NCBI GenBank assembly: GCA_963738925.1
Contig: CAVTYE010000002.1
Location: 727,905 to 791,904 of the forward strand
Length of the DNA stretch: 64,000 nt
DNA from: an uncultured Chloroflexia bacterium
Lineage (GTDB): Bacteria; Chloroflexota; Dehalococcoidia; SM23-28-2; RBG-16-64-32
Reading direction: 5' to 3'
This document shows, one piece after another, positions 53,745 to 61,820 of this stretch. Every line of letters starts with the position of its first letter. The first letter of the stretch is position 1. Both the position numbers and the translations under genes were made by a program. A model generated the notes under the pieces. The model worked only from the letters and a program-made list of their open reading frames with translations, had not been told where the DNA came from and made no database searches.

Positions 53745-54625
53745 GCATCCTCGTCGGCAAAGACACGCGTCTCATCGTCCAGGGGATCACCGGCAAGGAA
53801 GGCTCTTTCCAGACCCGCCGCTGCATCGAATACGGCACCAACGTCGTCGGCGGCGTCACGCCCGGCCGCGGCGGCGAGACCGCTGAAGGCGTTCCCGTCT
53901 TCGACACCGTGAAGGACGCCGTAGCGAAGACCAGCGCCAACGTCGCCCTGATCTTCGTCCCCGCGCCCTTCGCAGCCGACGCCGTCCTGGAAGCCGCCTA
54001 CTCCGAGGTCCCCGTCATCGTCTGCATCACAGAAGGCGTCCCGACGATGGACATGGTGCGGGTCAAGCGCTTCCTCCGCGGCTCCGGCCTGACGCTCATC
54101 GGCCCCAACTGCCCCGGCGTCATCACCCCCGGCGAGGCGCGCGTCGGCATCATGCCCGGGCACGTCTTTTCGCCGGGCCGCGTCGGCGTCATCTCCCGCT
54201 CCGGCACGCTTGTCTACGAGGCAGTCGCCCAGCTCAGCGCACGCGGCATCGGCCAGAGCACCTGCGTCGGCGTCGGCGGCGACCCGATCATCGGCACCAG
54301 CCAGGTCGAAACGCTGCGCATGTTCAACGAAGACCCCGGCACAGACGCCGTCATCCTCATCGGCGAGATCGGCGGCGTCGCCGAGCAACAGGCCGCCGAG
54401 TTCATCGCCGCGGAGATGCGCAAGCCCGTTATCGCCTTCATCGGCGGGGCCAGCGCGCCTCCCGGCCGCCGCATGGGCCACGCCGGCGCCATCATCGTCG
54501 GCGCAGCCGGCACCGCGGCCGCCAAGAAGGAAGCGCTGAAAGCCGCCGGCGCCACCATCGTCGACTCCCCGGCCGACATCGGCGAAGTCGCCCAGCAGGT
54601 GCTGGCCAGGCGCGCTCCGGCGTAG
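53741..54625 (+). CDS. sucD: Succinyl-CoA synthetase alpha subunit
   Basis: TTG start gives (M)[22 protein letters not shown]. Also [20 protein letters not shown] and the MGHAGAII phosphohistidine loop. No sucC is adjacent. Confidence 0.9.
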   Translation: MSILVGKDTRLIVQGITGKEGSFQTRRCIEYGTNVVGGVTPGRGGETAEGVPVFDTVKDAVAKTSANVALIFVPAPFAADAVLEAAYSEVPVIVCITEGVPTMDMVRVKRFLRGSGLTLIGPNCPGVITPGEARVGIMPGHVFSPGRVGVISRSGTLVYEAVAQLSARGIGQSTCVGVGGDPIIGTSQVETLRMFNEDPGTDAVILIGEIGGVAEQQAAEFIAAEMRKPVIAFIGGASAPPGRRMGHAGAIIVGAAGTAAAKKEALKAAGATIVDSPADIGEVAQQVLARRAPA

Positions 54626-54644
54626 CCCCGGGCTGTCCCGCACC

Positions 54645-55733
54645 GTGCCCTACCTCAACCTCCACGACCTGGAACCCCTGGCGCGCGAGAAGATCCCGCC
54701 GCCGCTCTTCGACTTCATCGCCGGCGGCGCCGAGGACGAGGTCACCCTCCGCGCCAACCGCGCCGCCTTCGAAGAGATCGAGTTCCGGCCGCGCGTTCTC
54801 GTCGACGTCACACGCATCGACACGACGACTTCGGTGCTCGGGCAGGAGCTGCCGTTCCCGCTGATGCTGGCGCCGGTCGCCATGCACATGCTGGCCAATC
54901 CTGAGGGCGAGAAGGCGACCGCCCGCGCCGCGAAGTCCGCCGGGACGGTGATGATCCTCAGCACGATGTCCAGCGTCACCATCGAAGACGTCGCCGCTGC
55001 CGCCGACGGCCCGAAGTGGTTCCAGCTCTACTGCTACTCCGAAAAGGGCGTCACCGAGCGTCTCGTCAAGCGAGCCGAGGACGCCGGCTTCCGCGCCCTC
55101 TGCCTCACCGTCGACGTGCCGCGCCTCGGCCGCCGCGAGCGGGACCTCCGCCACATGCTCCAGTTCCCGGAAGACGTGCTCCCCCGCAACTTCCTGCAGG
55201 AGATCGATCTCAGCTCTATCCCGCTCGGCTCCCAGGGCTCCGCGATCTCCGCCTACGCCGCCAGCCTGATGGACCAGTCGCTGACCTGGGACACGATCGC
55301 CTGGCTACGCTCGATCACGAAGATGCCGATCGTCGTCAAGGGCATCCTCACACCGGAAGACGCCGTCCTGGCCGCGGAGCACGGCGTCGACGCCATCGTC
55401 GTTTCCAACCACGGCGGCCGCCAGCTGGACGGCTCGCCCGCGACGGTCCGGGTCCTCCCGGAGATCGTTGACGCCCTCGGCGGGAGGCTGGACGTAATCG
55501 TTGACGGCGGCGTCCGGCGCGGCACGGATATCCTCAAGGCGGTGGCCCTGGGCGCGAGCGCCGTGCTCATCGGCCGCCCCTACATCTGGGGGCTCGCCGT
55601 TGACGGCGAATCCGGGGTCTCGCACGTCCTCTCCCTCCTCAAGCTGGAGTTCGAGTGGGCGATGGCCCTCTGCGGCGTCACCAGCGTCGATCAGATATCC
55701 CGCCGCCTCGTGCGGGTGCCCTGGCTAGCCTGA
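54645..55733 (+). CDS. FMN-dependent alpha-hydroxy-acid dehydrogenase/oxidase (LldD / glycolate oxidase family)
   Basis: FDFIAGGAEDEVTLRANRAAFEEIEFRPRVL, WFQLY, CLTVDVPRLGRRERD, IVVSNHGGRQLD, VDGGVRRGTDILKA. Confidence 0.9.
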   Translation: MPYLNLHDLEPLAREKIPPPLFDFIAGGAEDEVTLRANRAAFEEIEFRPRVLVDVTRIDTTTSVLGQELPFPLMLAPVAMHMLANPEGEKATARAAKSAGTVMILSTMSSVTIEDVAAAADGPKWFQLYCYSEKGVTERLVKRAEDAGFRALCLTVDVPRLGRRERDLRHMLQFPEDVLPRNFLQEIDLSSIPLGSQGSAISAYAASLMDQSLTWDTIAWLRSITKMPIVVKGILTPEDAVLAAEHGVDAIVVSNHGGRQLDGSPATVRVLPEIVDALGGRLDVIVDGGVRRGTDILKAVALGASAVLIGRPYIWGLAVDGESGVSHVLSLLKLEFEWAMALCGVTSVDQISRRLVRVPWLA

Positions 55734-55782
55734 TTCTTCACACCTGACTTGCAACGCGGCCCGCCTCCCGGCGTCTTACCGT

Positions 55783-56031
55783 GTGGAGGCGATAGCTATG
55801 AGCCAGGCACAACCACGCTCGAAAAAACTGCACGACATCAACGTAAGGCACGCCAACCTCCTGAGCTTCTTCACGGCGGCGATCGGCCTCGCCTTTGTCG
55901 ACTTCATGGCCTACCTCAGCGGAGGCTTCGAGATGGCCGGGATCTTCGCCGCCAGCGTCATCGTCTTCCTCGGCGTCCGCGCCGCCGTCATCGCTTCGCG
56001 CAAGCGCGCGCACCAAGCCGAAGACCAATAG
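55783..56031 (+). CDS. Hypothetical small 2-TM protein
   Basis: 82 aa. LLSFFTAAIGLAFVDFMAYL and AGIFAASVIVFLGVRAAVIA. Confidence 0.35.
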   Translation: MEAIAMSQAQPRSKKLHDINVRHANLLSFFTAAIGLAFVDFMAYLSGGFEMAGIFAASVIVFLGVRAAVIASRKRAHQAEDQ

Positions 56032-56066
56032 GCCTGGCCTCCCTCCGCGCGTAGCGCGACCCGGGT

Positions 56067-56609
56067 CTAGGCCTGCGAGGCCGTCCAGGCCTCGATCACC
56101 GCTTGAATCTGTTCGGCGTGGTCGTGGCAGTGCGCCGCGTACGACCGCAGCCAGTCCTCCGCCGAATATCGCCCCGACTCCGTGTGCGTCCCGACCCGTG
56201 CCCAGGCGCTCTCCGGCGCCCTCCGCAGGATCGGCACAGTGTTCGCCCGCACGGCCTCGACCGTCAGCATCGCCGCATCGATCGGGTGGTCCAGGTAATG
56301 GAACGCCGCCGCCCAGGTTGGCGGGTCGTAGCCGATGATCGTCGCGTTGTCTTCGGTCATCAGGTAGCGGATCCGCCCGTGCGAATTCGCCTCCGAGTCC
56401 GCGCAGTGAACGATGATCTCGTGCACTGAGAACTCCTCCGGCTCCGGCTTCCACTTCCGCATCCGCTCCGGCGCCCTGGCCAGCGCCTCCCGCAGCACCC
56501 CCGCCCCGTCGGCGTACCGCTCGATCAGCTTTTCGCGCTCCTTCTTGCTCAGCGTCAGCTCACCATCCACCAGCGTCCTCCGTCCGCTACTCCGGCCACT
56601 CGCCTTCAA
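56067..56609 (-). CDS. DinB-family (DinB_2-like) four-helix-bundle protein
   Basis: HEIIVHCADSEANSHGRIRY ... YAAHCHDHAEQI (His-triad pattern). Confidence 0.7.
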   Translation of the reverse strand: MKASGRSSGRRTLVDGELTLSKKEREKLIERYADGAGVLREALARAPERMRKWKPEPEEFSVHEIIVHCADSEANSHGRIRYLMTEDNATIIGYDPPTWAAAFHYLDHPIDAAMLTVEAVRANTVPILRRAPESAWARVGTHTESGRYSAEDWLRSYAAHCHDHAEQIQAVIEAWTASQA

Positions 56610-57426
56610 AGATGAACTCCGCCGGGCCCGTCAGGTACACGTCGCCGCGCCCGTCCCACTCCACCGTCAGCAGGCCGCCGGGTTGCGTTATGTCGACTTT
56701 GTCGCCAACCAGCCCCTTCAGATGCGCCATCACCATCGCGGCGCAGCAGCCGCTGCCACAGGCCAGCGTTTCGCCAGCGCCGCGCTCCCAGACGCGCACG
56801 TCCATCCGCTCCCGCGAGACCACGCGCGCGACGCCGTAGTTCACGCGCGCCGGAAACGCCGCGTGGTGCTCCACCTTCGGCCCGATGCGCTCCAGCGGGT
56901 GGTCGTTCACATCTCCGGCGATGAAGTTGACCGCGTGGGGGTTGCCGATCGCCATGCAGCTCACTGGGATCTTCTCGCCCTCGACATCGATCTCGTAGTC
57001 CAGCACCGGCGCTTTCACCTCGGCACGCAGCGGGATCTCCTTCGGCTCGAACTTCGGCTGCCCCATCGAAAGCCGGGAGCGCACAACCTTCAGGCCCTCG
57101 CGGAAGACCTGCGCCTCCAGGACATCGTGCACCGCCTCTATCGTCACCCGGTCGCCCTTCGCCGCTGCAATTCCGCGCTCGACGGCGTATTTCACCAGGC
57201 AGCGGACGCCGTTGCCGCTGACCTCGGCCTCGGAGCCGTCGGCGTTGAACAGCCGCATCCGGAAGTCCGCCTTGTCGGAAGGCAACACCAGCATCAGCCC
57301 GTCCGCGCCGGCCCCGAGGTGCCGCTCGCAGATGGCGATCGAAAGCGCCGCCCAGTCGCGCTCTTCTCCCGCCGATTCGACGATCAGGAAGTCGTTCCCC
57401 GCGCCGTGCATCTTGGCGAACTTCAT
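56587..57426 (-). CDS. dapF: Diaminopimelate epimerase
   Basis: The start was moved to ATG 57426 (MKFAKMHGAGNDFLIVE). SADGSEAEVSGNGVRC and ACGSGCCA are the two catalytic Cys motifs. The track's longer N-terminus is Arg/Gly-rich read-through. Confidence 0.9.
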   Translation of the reverse strand: MKFAKMHGAGNDFLIVESAGEERDWAALSIAICERHLGAGADGLMLVLPSDKADFRMRLFNADGSEAEVSGNGVRCLVKYAVERGIAAAKGDRVTIEAVHDVLEAQVFREGLKVVRSRLSMGQPKFEPKEIPLRAEVKAPVLDYEIDVEGEKIPVSCMAIGNPHAVNFIAGDVNDHPLERIGPKVEHHAAFPARVNYGVARVVSRERMDVRVWERGAGETLACGSGCCAAMVMAHLKGLVGDKVDITQPGGLLTVEWDGRGDVYLTGPAEFIFEGEWPE

Positions 57427-57896
57427 CGCGCGGCCTTCAGCATCGCCACCGTCATGTGGATGTGGCCCAGGTGGATGCCCGCGTGCTCCAGGACGTGCGC
57501 CAGCGAGCCCCGCCGCTCGTAGTCCGTCGGCGTGCCCTCTCCCCACAGCTCCTGCGCCGGCACGAAGTGGTCGCCCAGCGTCGCCGGGTCCAGCTTCTGC
57601 AGCGCCGCCTCAACTTCGCCACTCAGCTTTGCAGCGGCGGCGCCGAGCTCTTCATATGTCCCGCGCGAGGCGAACTCGCCCGGGCGGTCGCGCCGAAGCT
57701 CCTGCCCGCAGATGATCCCCAGCACCCAGGCCCGCACGTTCCCGAAGGTGTGGACGGCGATAACGAAGCCGCTGTTGGCCCCCGGCACGTCCGGGGCGCG
57801 GTTCAACTCCTCTTCGCTCAGCTCCCCGAGCGCCGCGTGAATCTGCGATATCTTTTCGCGGATGAATTTGCTGTACGTCGCGACCTCGGCGTCCAT
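57423..57896 (-). CDS. DinB-family protein
   Basis: 157 aa. VIAVHTFGNVRAWV ... LAHVLEHAGIHLGHIHMT. ATGA overlap with the dapF start. Confidence 0.7.
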   Translation of the reverse strand: MDAEVATYSKFIREKISQIHAALGELSEEELNRAPDVPGANSGFVIAVHTFGNVRAWVLGIICGQELRRDRPGEFASRGTYEELGAAAAKLSGEVEAALQKLDPATLGDHFVPAQELWGEGTPTDYERRGSLAHVLEHAGIHLGHIHMTVAMLKAAR

Positions 57897-57900
57897 TGTC

Positions 57901-58452
57901 CTACGATTCTACCAGCCCCTCATCAAGGCGCCGCATGATCTCGTCCACCGTCTCCTCCGCCGTTTGCCGCGTGCCGTCCACCCACAACCCGGCGCCCGCC
58001 ATCGTCCGCCGAAGCTCTCCATCCAGGTGCTCCGCCCACCCCGCGCCCACCGTCTTTGGCCGTCCCGCATCCCGCGTGATCACCGTCTCCACCTCAGGCG
58101 CCAGGACCACGAAGTAGAACGGCAGCCCGGCCAGGTCCTCACGCAGGTGGTCCCAGCGCTCCCCGATGATGATGTCGTCGATCACCGCCGTGAACCCGGC
58201 TTCGCGAAACGATCGCGCCAGCAGGCACGCGTTCCGCAGCCGCAGCCGCAGCTGTCGCCGCGTCTCCTCCGTCATCGGGCCGCCGGGCTCTCCCGTCTCG
58301 GTCGCCCATTCGCCGCCGCTAACGATCATCTTCTGCAGCGCGTCCGCCTCGACAAACGCCCCCCGCTCGAATCGAGCCGCCAACAACGCGCCAACCGTCG
58401 ACTTGCCGGCTCCCTGTATGCCCGTGACGACGATGATCGCCGGCTCAGCCAT
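57901..58452 (-). CDS. P-loop kinase-like protein (AAA_33-type)
   Basis: The start was moved to ATG 58452 (MAEPAIIVVTGIQGAGKSTVGALLA, Walker A). It overlaps the miaA 3' end by 8 nt. Confidence 0.7.
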   Translation of the reverse strand: MAEPAIIVVTGIQGAGKSTVGALLAARFERGAFVEADALQKMIVSGGEWATETGEPGGPMTEETRRQLRLRLRNACLLARSFREAGFTAVIDDIIIGERWDHLREDLAGLPFYFVVLAPEVETVITRDAGRPKTVGAGWAEHLDGELRRTMAGAGLWVDGTRQTAEETVDEIMRRLDEGLVES

Positions 58453-59338
58453 CGCTGTGGCCCACGCCGGCCACGGCCTCCGCATCGTCCAGCCACTGGA
58501 TCCGCGGGTCGCTGGACTTGAACCACGCGTTCTGGTGCCGCGCCAGCCTGTGCGTCCCGATCTTCGTCCGCGAAACGGCCTGCTCCAGCGTCAGCTCTCC
58601 GGCCAGGTACGCGCAGATCTCCCCGTAGCCGATCCCGGACATCGCCGGCAGCTCGCGGCCGAACCCCATCGTCAGCAGCCGCTCCACCTCTTCGACGAAG
58701 CCCGCCTCGAACATCGCCTCCACCCGTGAGTCGATCCGCGAGTAGAGCTCCTCCCGCGAGAGGCGAAACCCCATGGCCAGCCAGTCGAACTCCGGCGGCT
58801 CCTTCGTGCGCCAGTAAGAGAACGGCTTGCCCGTCGCGCGGTACACCTCCAGCGCCCGGATCACGCGGCGCACGTTCTGCGGCTGGATGAACTCCTGCGA
58901 CTCCGGATCGATCCGCCGCAGCTCGGCCAGCAGCTCCTCCGGCGGCCGCCCTTCCAGCTCGCGCCGCAAATCGTCCTGCGGCGGCACCTCCGGCACCCGC
59001 CAGCCTTCCAGCAGCGCCCAGATGTACTGCCCCGTCCCCCCGACGACGACCGGCACGCCATCGCGGGCCCAGATGCGCTCCATCGCCTCGTTCGCCAGCC
59101 GCAGCCACGTCGCCAGCCCGAACGGCTCGTCCGGGTCGACGATATCGACGAGGTGATGCGGCAGGGCCTCTCGCTCCTCCGCCGTCGGCTTGGCGGTACC
59201 GATGTCCATGTGGCGGTAGACCTGCCGCGAGTCGGCGTTGATCGCCTCGAAGCCGGGCCGCGAGCGCGCCAGCTGAACTGCCAGAGTCGTCTTTCCAGAC
59301 GCGGTAGGGCCAACTATAGCGATAAGTTTGCGCCGCAT
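58445..59338 (-). CDS. miaA: tRNA dimethylallyltransferase
   Basis: LIAIVGPTASGKTTLAVQLA, INADSRQVYRHMDIGTAKP, VVVGGTGQYIWALLEG. Confidence 0.9.
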   Translation of the reverse strand: MRRKLIAIVGPTASGKTTLAVQLARSRPGFEAINADSRQVYRHMDIGTAKPTAEEREALPHHLVDIVDPDEPFGLATWLRLANEAMERIWARDGVPVVVGGTGQYIWALLEGWRVPEVPPQDDLRRELEGRPPEELLAELRRIDPESQEFIQPQNVRRVIRALEVYRATGKPFSYWRTKEPPEFDWLAMGFRLSREELYSRIDSRVEAMFEAGFVEEVERLLTMGFGRELPAMSGIGYGEICAYLAGELTLEQAVSRTKIGTHRLARHQNAWFKSSDPRIQWLDDAEAVAGVGHSDG

Positions 59339-59347
59339 CGCCGCGAG

Positions 59348-60067
59348 CTACGCCCGGACCCGCAGCGCCTCTTCGACGATCCCGCAGAACGCGTCCGCCT
59401 TGAGGCTGGCCCCGCCCACCAGTCCACCGTCGATCCCCTCGCGCTCCAGGAACTGCGCGATGTTCTCCGGCGTCACGCTGCCGCCGTACAGAATCCGCCC
59501 CGTCTCCGCCTTCGCGGCCCCGAACATCGATGCCACCTCGCGCCTGATCAGAGAGATCGCCGCCTCCGCGTCGTCCGCCGTCGCGGCTCGCCCTGTGCCG
59601 ATCGCCCAGACCGGCTCGTAGGCGATCACGAAACCGTCCGGGACCTCCGTCCCCTCCAGCCCGGCGCGGGTCTGCCGCACCAGCACCGTCTCCATCTGCC
59701 CGGCCTCCCGCTCCTCCAGAGTCTCGCCGACGCACATGATCGGCTGCAGGTTCGCGGCCAGCGCCGCCTTCACCTTGCGGTTCACCTCTTCGTCCGTCTC
59801 GCCGAATACGTGCCGCCGCTCGGAGTGACCGATGATCACGAAGTCGCAGAGCTCCTCCAGCTGCCGCGGCCCGACCTCGCCGGTGGCGGCGACGTCGTCC
59901 TCCCAGTGCACATCCTGCGCGCCCAGCCGGATGCTGCTCATCGTGATCACCGACTCCACCGTCGCCAGGTACACAAACGGCGGGCAGAGAACCACATCCA
60001 GCCCATCCACCTCGCCGACCTGCTGGCAAATGCCGTCCGCCAGCCGGAACGCAGTGTCCAGCCGCAT
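59348..60067 (-). CDS. tpiA: Triosephosphate isomerase (5' end uncertain)
   Basis: IIGHSERRHVFGE, AYEPVWAIGTG, ILYGGSV. The conserved AGNWK motif (AAGNWKCN) lies in frame upstream of the annotated Met with no start codon before a TAG. An out-of-frame ATG at 60111 suggests another indel near 60085-60105. Confidence 0.85.
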   Translation of the reverse strand: MRLDTAFRLADGICQQVGEVDGLDVVLCPPFVYLATVESVITMSSIRLGAQDVHWEDDVAATGEVGPRQLEELCDFVIIGHSERRHVFGETDEEVNRKVKAALAANLQPIMCVGETLEEREAGQMETVLVRQTRAGLEGTEVPDGFVIAYEPVWAIGTGRAATADDAEAAISLIRREVASMFGAAKAETGRILYGGSVTPENIAQFLEREGIDGGLVGGASLKADAFCGIVEEALRVRA

Positions 60068-60201
60068 GTTGCACTTCCAGTTGCCCGCAGCATCGTACTC
60101 ACCCGTCGCATCCGTCTAGCCTATGCCCCGTTCACCCTGAGCTTGTCGAAGGGCCGCGCTCTCGTCGCACTGAGCCTGCCGAAGTGCCTCGTTCCCATCC
60201 C

Positions 60202-60540
60202 CTAACTCCGGGCCGCCGCCTGCGCCGCCGTCATCGCCCGCGTGATCTCCCGTAGCCACTCCTTCGTGCGGCGGTTGCCGGTCAGCAGCGAAAGCGCCCA
60301 CCACTGCGGGAAAATCACCACCTCGCCCTTCTCCGTCTCCAGCTTGATCGCGTCGCCGTCCGCCTCGCAGCTCTTGATCTTCTCCAGCCGCAGCGCGATC
60401 TCGTGGTCGCCGAACGGATCGATGCTGAGGCTCTTCTCCCAGATCAAGCGCCGGTCGGTCAGGGTCAGCTTGCCGCGGGTGATCGGCGTCTCGTAGCCGG
60501 CCCGGCCCTCAAGGATCACCGTTTCGCCTGTCTCCAGCAT
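60202..60540 (-). CDS. Small PH/GRAM-like domain protein
   Basis: Only the last 112 aa of track ORF 60202-61134 are credible (MLETGETVILEGRAGYETPITRGKLTLTDRRLIWEK...). The upstream part is an out-of-frame overlap of apgM. The start lies 2 nt after the apgM stop. Confidence 0.55.
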   Translation of the reverse strand: MLETGETVILEGRAGYETPITRGKLTLTDRRLIWEKSLSIDPFGDHEIALRLEKIKSCEADGDAIKLETEKGEVVIFPQWWALSLLTGNRRTKEWLREITRAMTAAQAAARS

Positions 60541-60542
60541 CT

Positions 60543-61745
60543 CTATGCTCCAAACTTCCGGAAGCGGCGGGCGTGGGCCATCGCCAGCGCCATCGCCTCC
60601 TTCGCCGGGAACGTGCCCAGCGATCCCTTCGTTAGCTCGATCTCGTTGAACGATTCGCAGCCGTCGGCCCGCCCCAGCTTGGACCGCAGCATGAACGGCA
60701 CCGGGTGCCAGGAGTGCGCGGCCATGATCGCCGGCGTCGAGTGGTCTCCCGTCACCATCAGCACGTCGGGATCGAGGTCGATGATCCCCTCGATCGCCGC
60801 GTCCACCTCGCCGATCTTGTCCACCTTGCGGTCGTAGTCCCCGTCCTCGCCGGCGGTGTCCGTCGCCTTGTAGTGGACGAAGAAGAAGTCGTAGCGGTCC
60901 CAGCTCTCCGAGACGGCGGCGATGCTGTCCTCCAGCGTCGGCCCGACGGGCAGCGCGTCCATCCCGACGAGCTTGGCGAGGCCCCGGTACATCGGGTAGT
61001 GGGCCACCGCCGCCGCCCGCAGCTTGAACATCTCCGGCATCTGGGGCCAGTCCGGCCGCCTGGCGAACCCGCGCAGCAGCAGCATGTTCGCCGGGGACTT
61101 GTCCGCCAGCACCTTTTCGGCCTGGGCGATCCACTTGTTCACCAGTTTCGTCGTCATTTCGCCGTCAGGGGCCGTGGCGCGCGCGGCCAGCGGCTTTTCG
61201 CCCAGCTTCTCCGGGTCCGTGTCCGAGACCGCGTCCGAGAGCTCCTCGCCGCGCAAGACCAGCACGAAGCGATGCTCCCGCACCGGCTCCACGAACGCCT
61301 GCACGCCGTCAACCTTGATCGACCGCAACTGCTCACACAGCCTCGCGCTCTCCTCGGTCGCGATGCGGCCGGCGCGGCGGTCCGTGATCCGGCCTTCGCC
61401 ATCGACAGTGCAGAAGTTCCCGCGGGCAGCGATGTCCGCGGGCCGCAGGTCGAAGTCGATCCCCGTCGCCTCCAGCGCGCCGCGGCCTATCGTGTACTCC
61501 AGCGGGTCGTATCCAAAGAGCGCTAGGTGCCCCGGCCCGCTCCCCGGCGTCACACCGAGCGCCACCGGCAGCGTGAACCCGCAGCTGCTCTCGCGCGCGA
61601 TGCGGTCCAGGTGCGTCGTGTAGGCGGCCTCAAGCTCCGTGCGGCCCGTCTCCGGGTGCGGCAGCCCGCCCAGCCCGTCCATCACGAACAGCACGATCTT
61701 CGTGTCGCCCTCCTGGGCAAGCTCACGCACAAGCTCAAAGTCCAT
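60543..61745 (-). CDS. apgM: Cofactor-independent phosphoglycerate mutase, archaeal type
   Basis: IVLFVMDGLGGLP, TPGSGPGHLALFGYDP, FFFVHYKATDTAGEDGD, MVTGDHSTP. These are alkaline-phosphatase-superfamily ApgM motifs. Confidence 0.85.
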   Translation of the reverse strand: MDFELVRELAQEGDTKIVLFVMDGLGGLPHPETGRTELEAAYTTHLDRIARESSCGFTLPVALGVTPGSGPGHLALFGYDPLEYTIGRGALEATGIDFDLRPADIAARGNFCTVDGEGRITDRRAGRIATEESARLCEQLRSIKVDGVQAFVEPVREHRFVLVLRGEELSDAVSDTDPEKLGEKPLAARATAPDGEMTTKLVNKWIAQAEKVLADKSPANMLLLRGFARRPDWPQMPEMFKLRAAAVAHYPMYRGLAKLVGMDALPVGPTLEDSIAAVSESWDRYDFFFVHYKATDTAGEDGDYDRKVDKIGEVDAAIEGIIDLDPDVLMVTGDHSTPAIMAAHSWHPVPFMLRSKLGRADGCESFNEIELTKGSLGTFPAKEAMALAMAHARRFRKFGA

Positions 61746-61777
61746 CGCGCTTGATTATTCCCCGCGCCGCGCTTAAC

Positions 61778-61805
61778 TGTCCACTGTCCACTATCAACCG
61801 TCCAC
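61778..61805 (+). repeat. Heptad tract TGTCCAC TGTCCAC TATCAAC CGTCCAC in the apgM / oxidoreductase divergent spacer
   Basis: 7-nt periodic. It continues CAATACA CTGTCTC C ATG. Confidence 0.65.
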
Positions 61806-61808
61806 CAA

Positions 61809-61814
61809 TACACT
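61809..61814 (+). promoter_or_regulatory. Candidate -10 box TACACT exactly 6 nt upstream of the ATG (leaderless architecture)
   Basis: TACACT-GTCTCC-ATG. No Shine-Dalgarno. Confidence 0.4.
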
Positions 61815-61820
61815 GTCTCC

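Noticed and set aside
58326-60074. 582-aa minus-strand ORF, plus similar very long ORFs opposite or out of frame with known genes (for example 41300-42454, 37407-38957, 35956-36993, 42933-44009, 51499-52719, 53507-54643, 61794-63035, 50238-51182).
   Set aside because: These are shadow ORFs typical of very GC-rich DNA. Their translations are low-complexity Arg/Ala/Gly/Pro strings. Each fully overlaps a gene with strong family motifs (miaA/tpiA, AmiC-like, PD40, HD-GYP, DUF1786-like, sucD, oxidoreductase, serS).
60541-61134. The N-terminal two-thirds of track ORF 60202-61134.
   Set aside because: It is an out-of-frame overlap of apgM with low-complexity Arg/Gly/Asp translation. Only the last 112 codons, after the apgM stop, look like a real gene.
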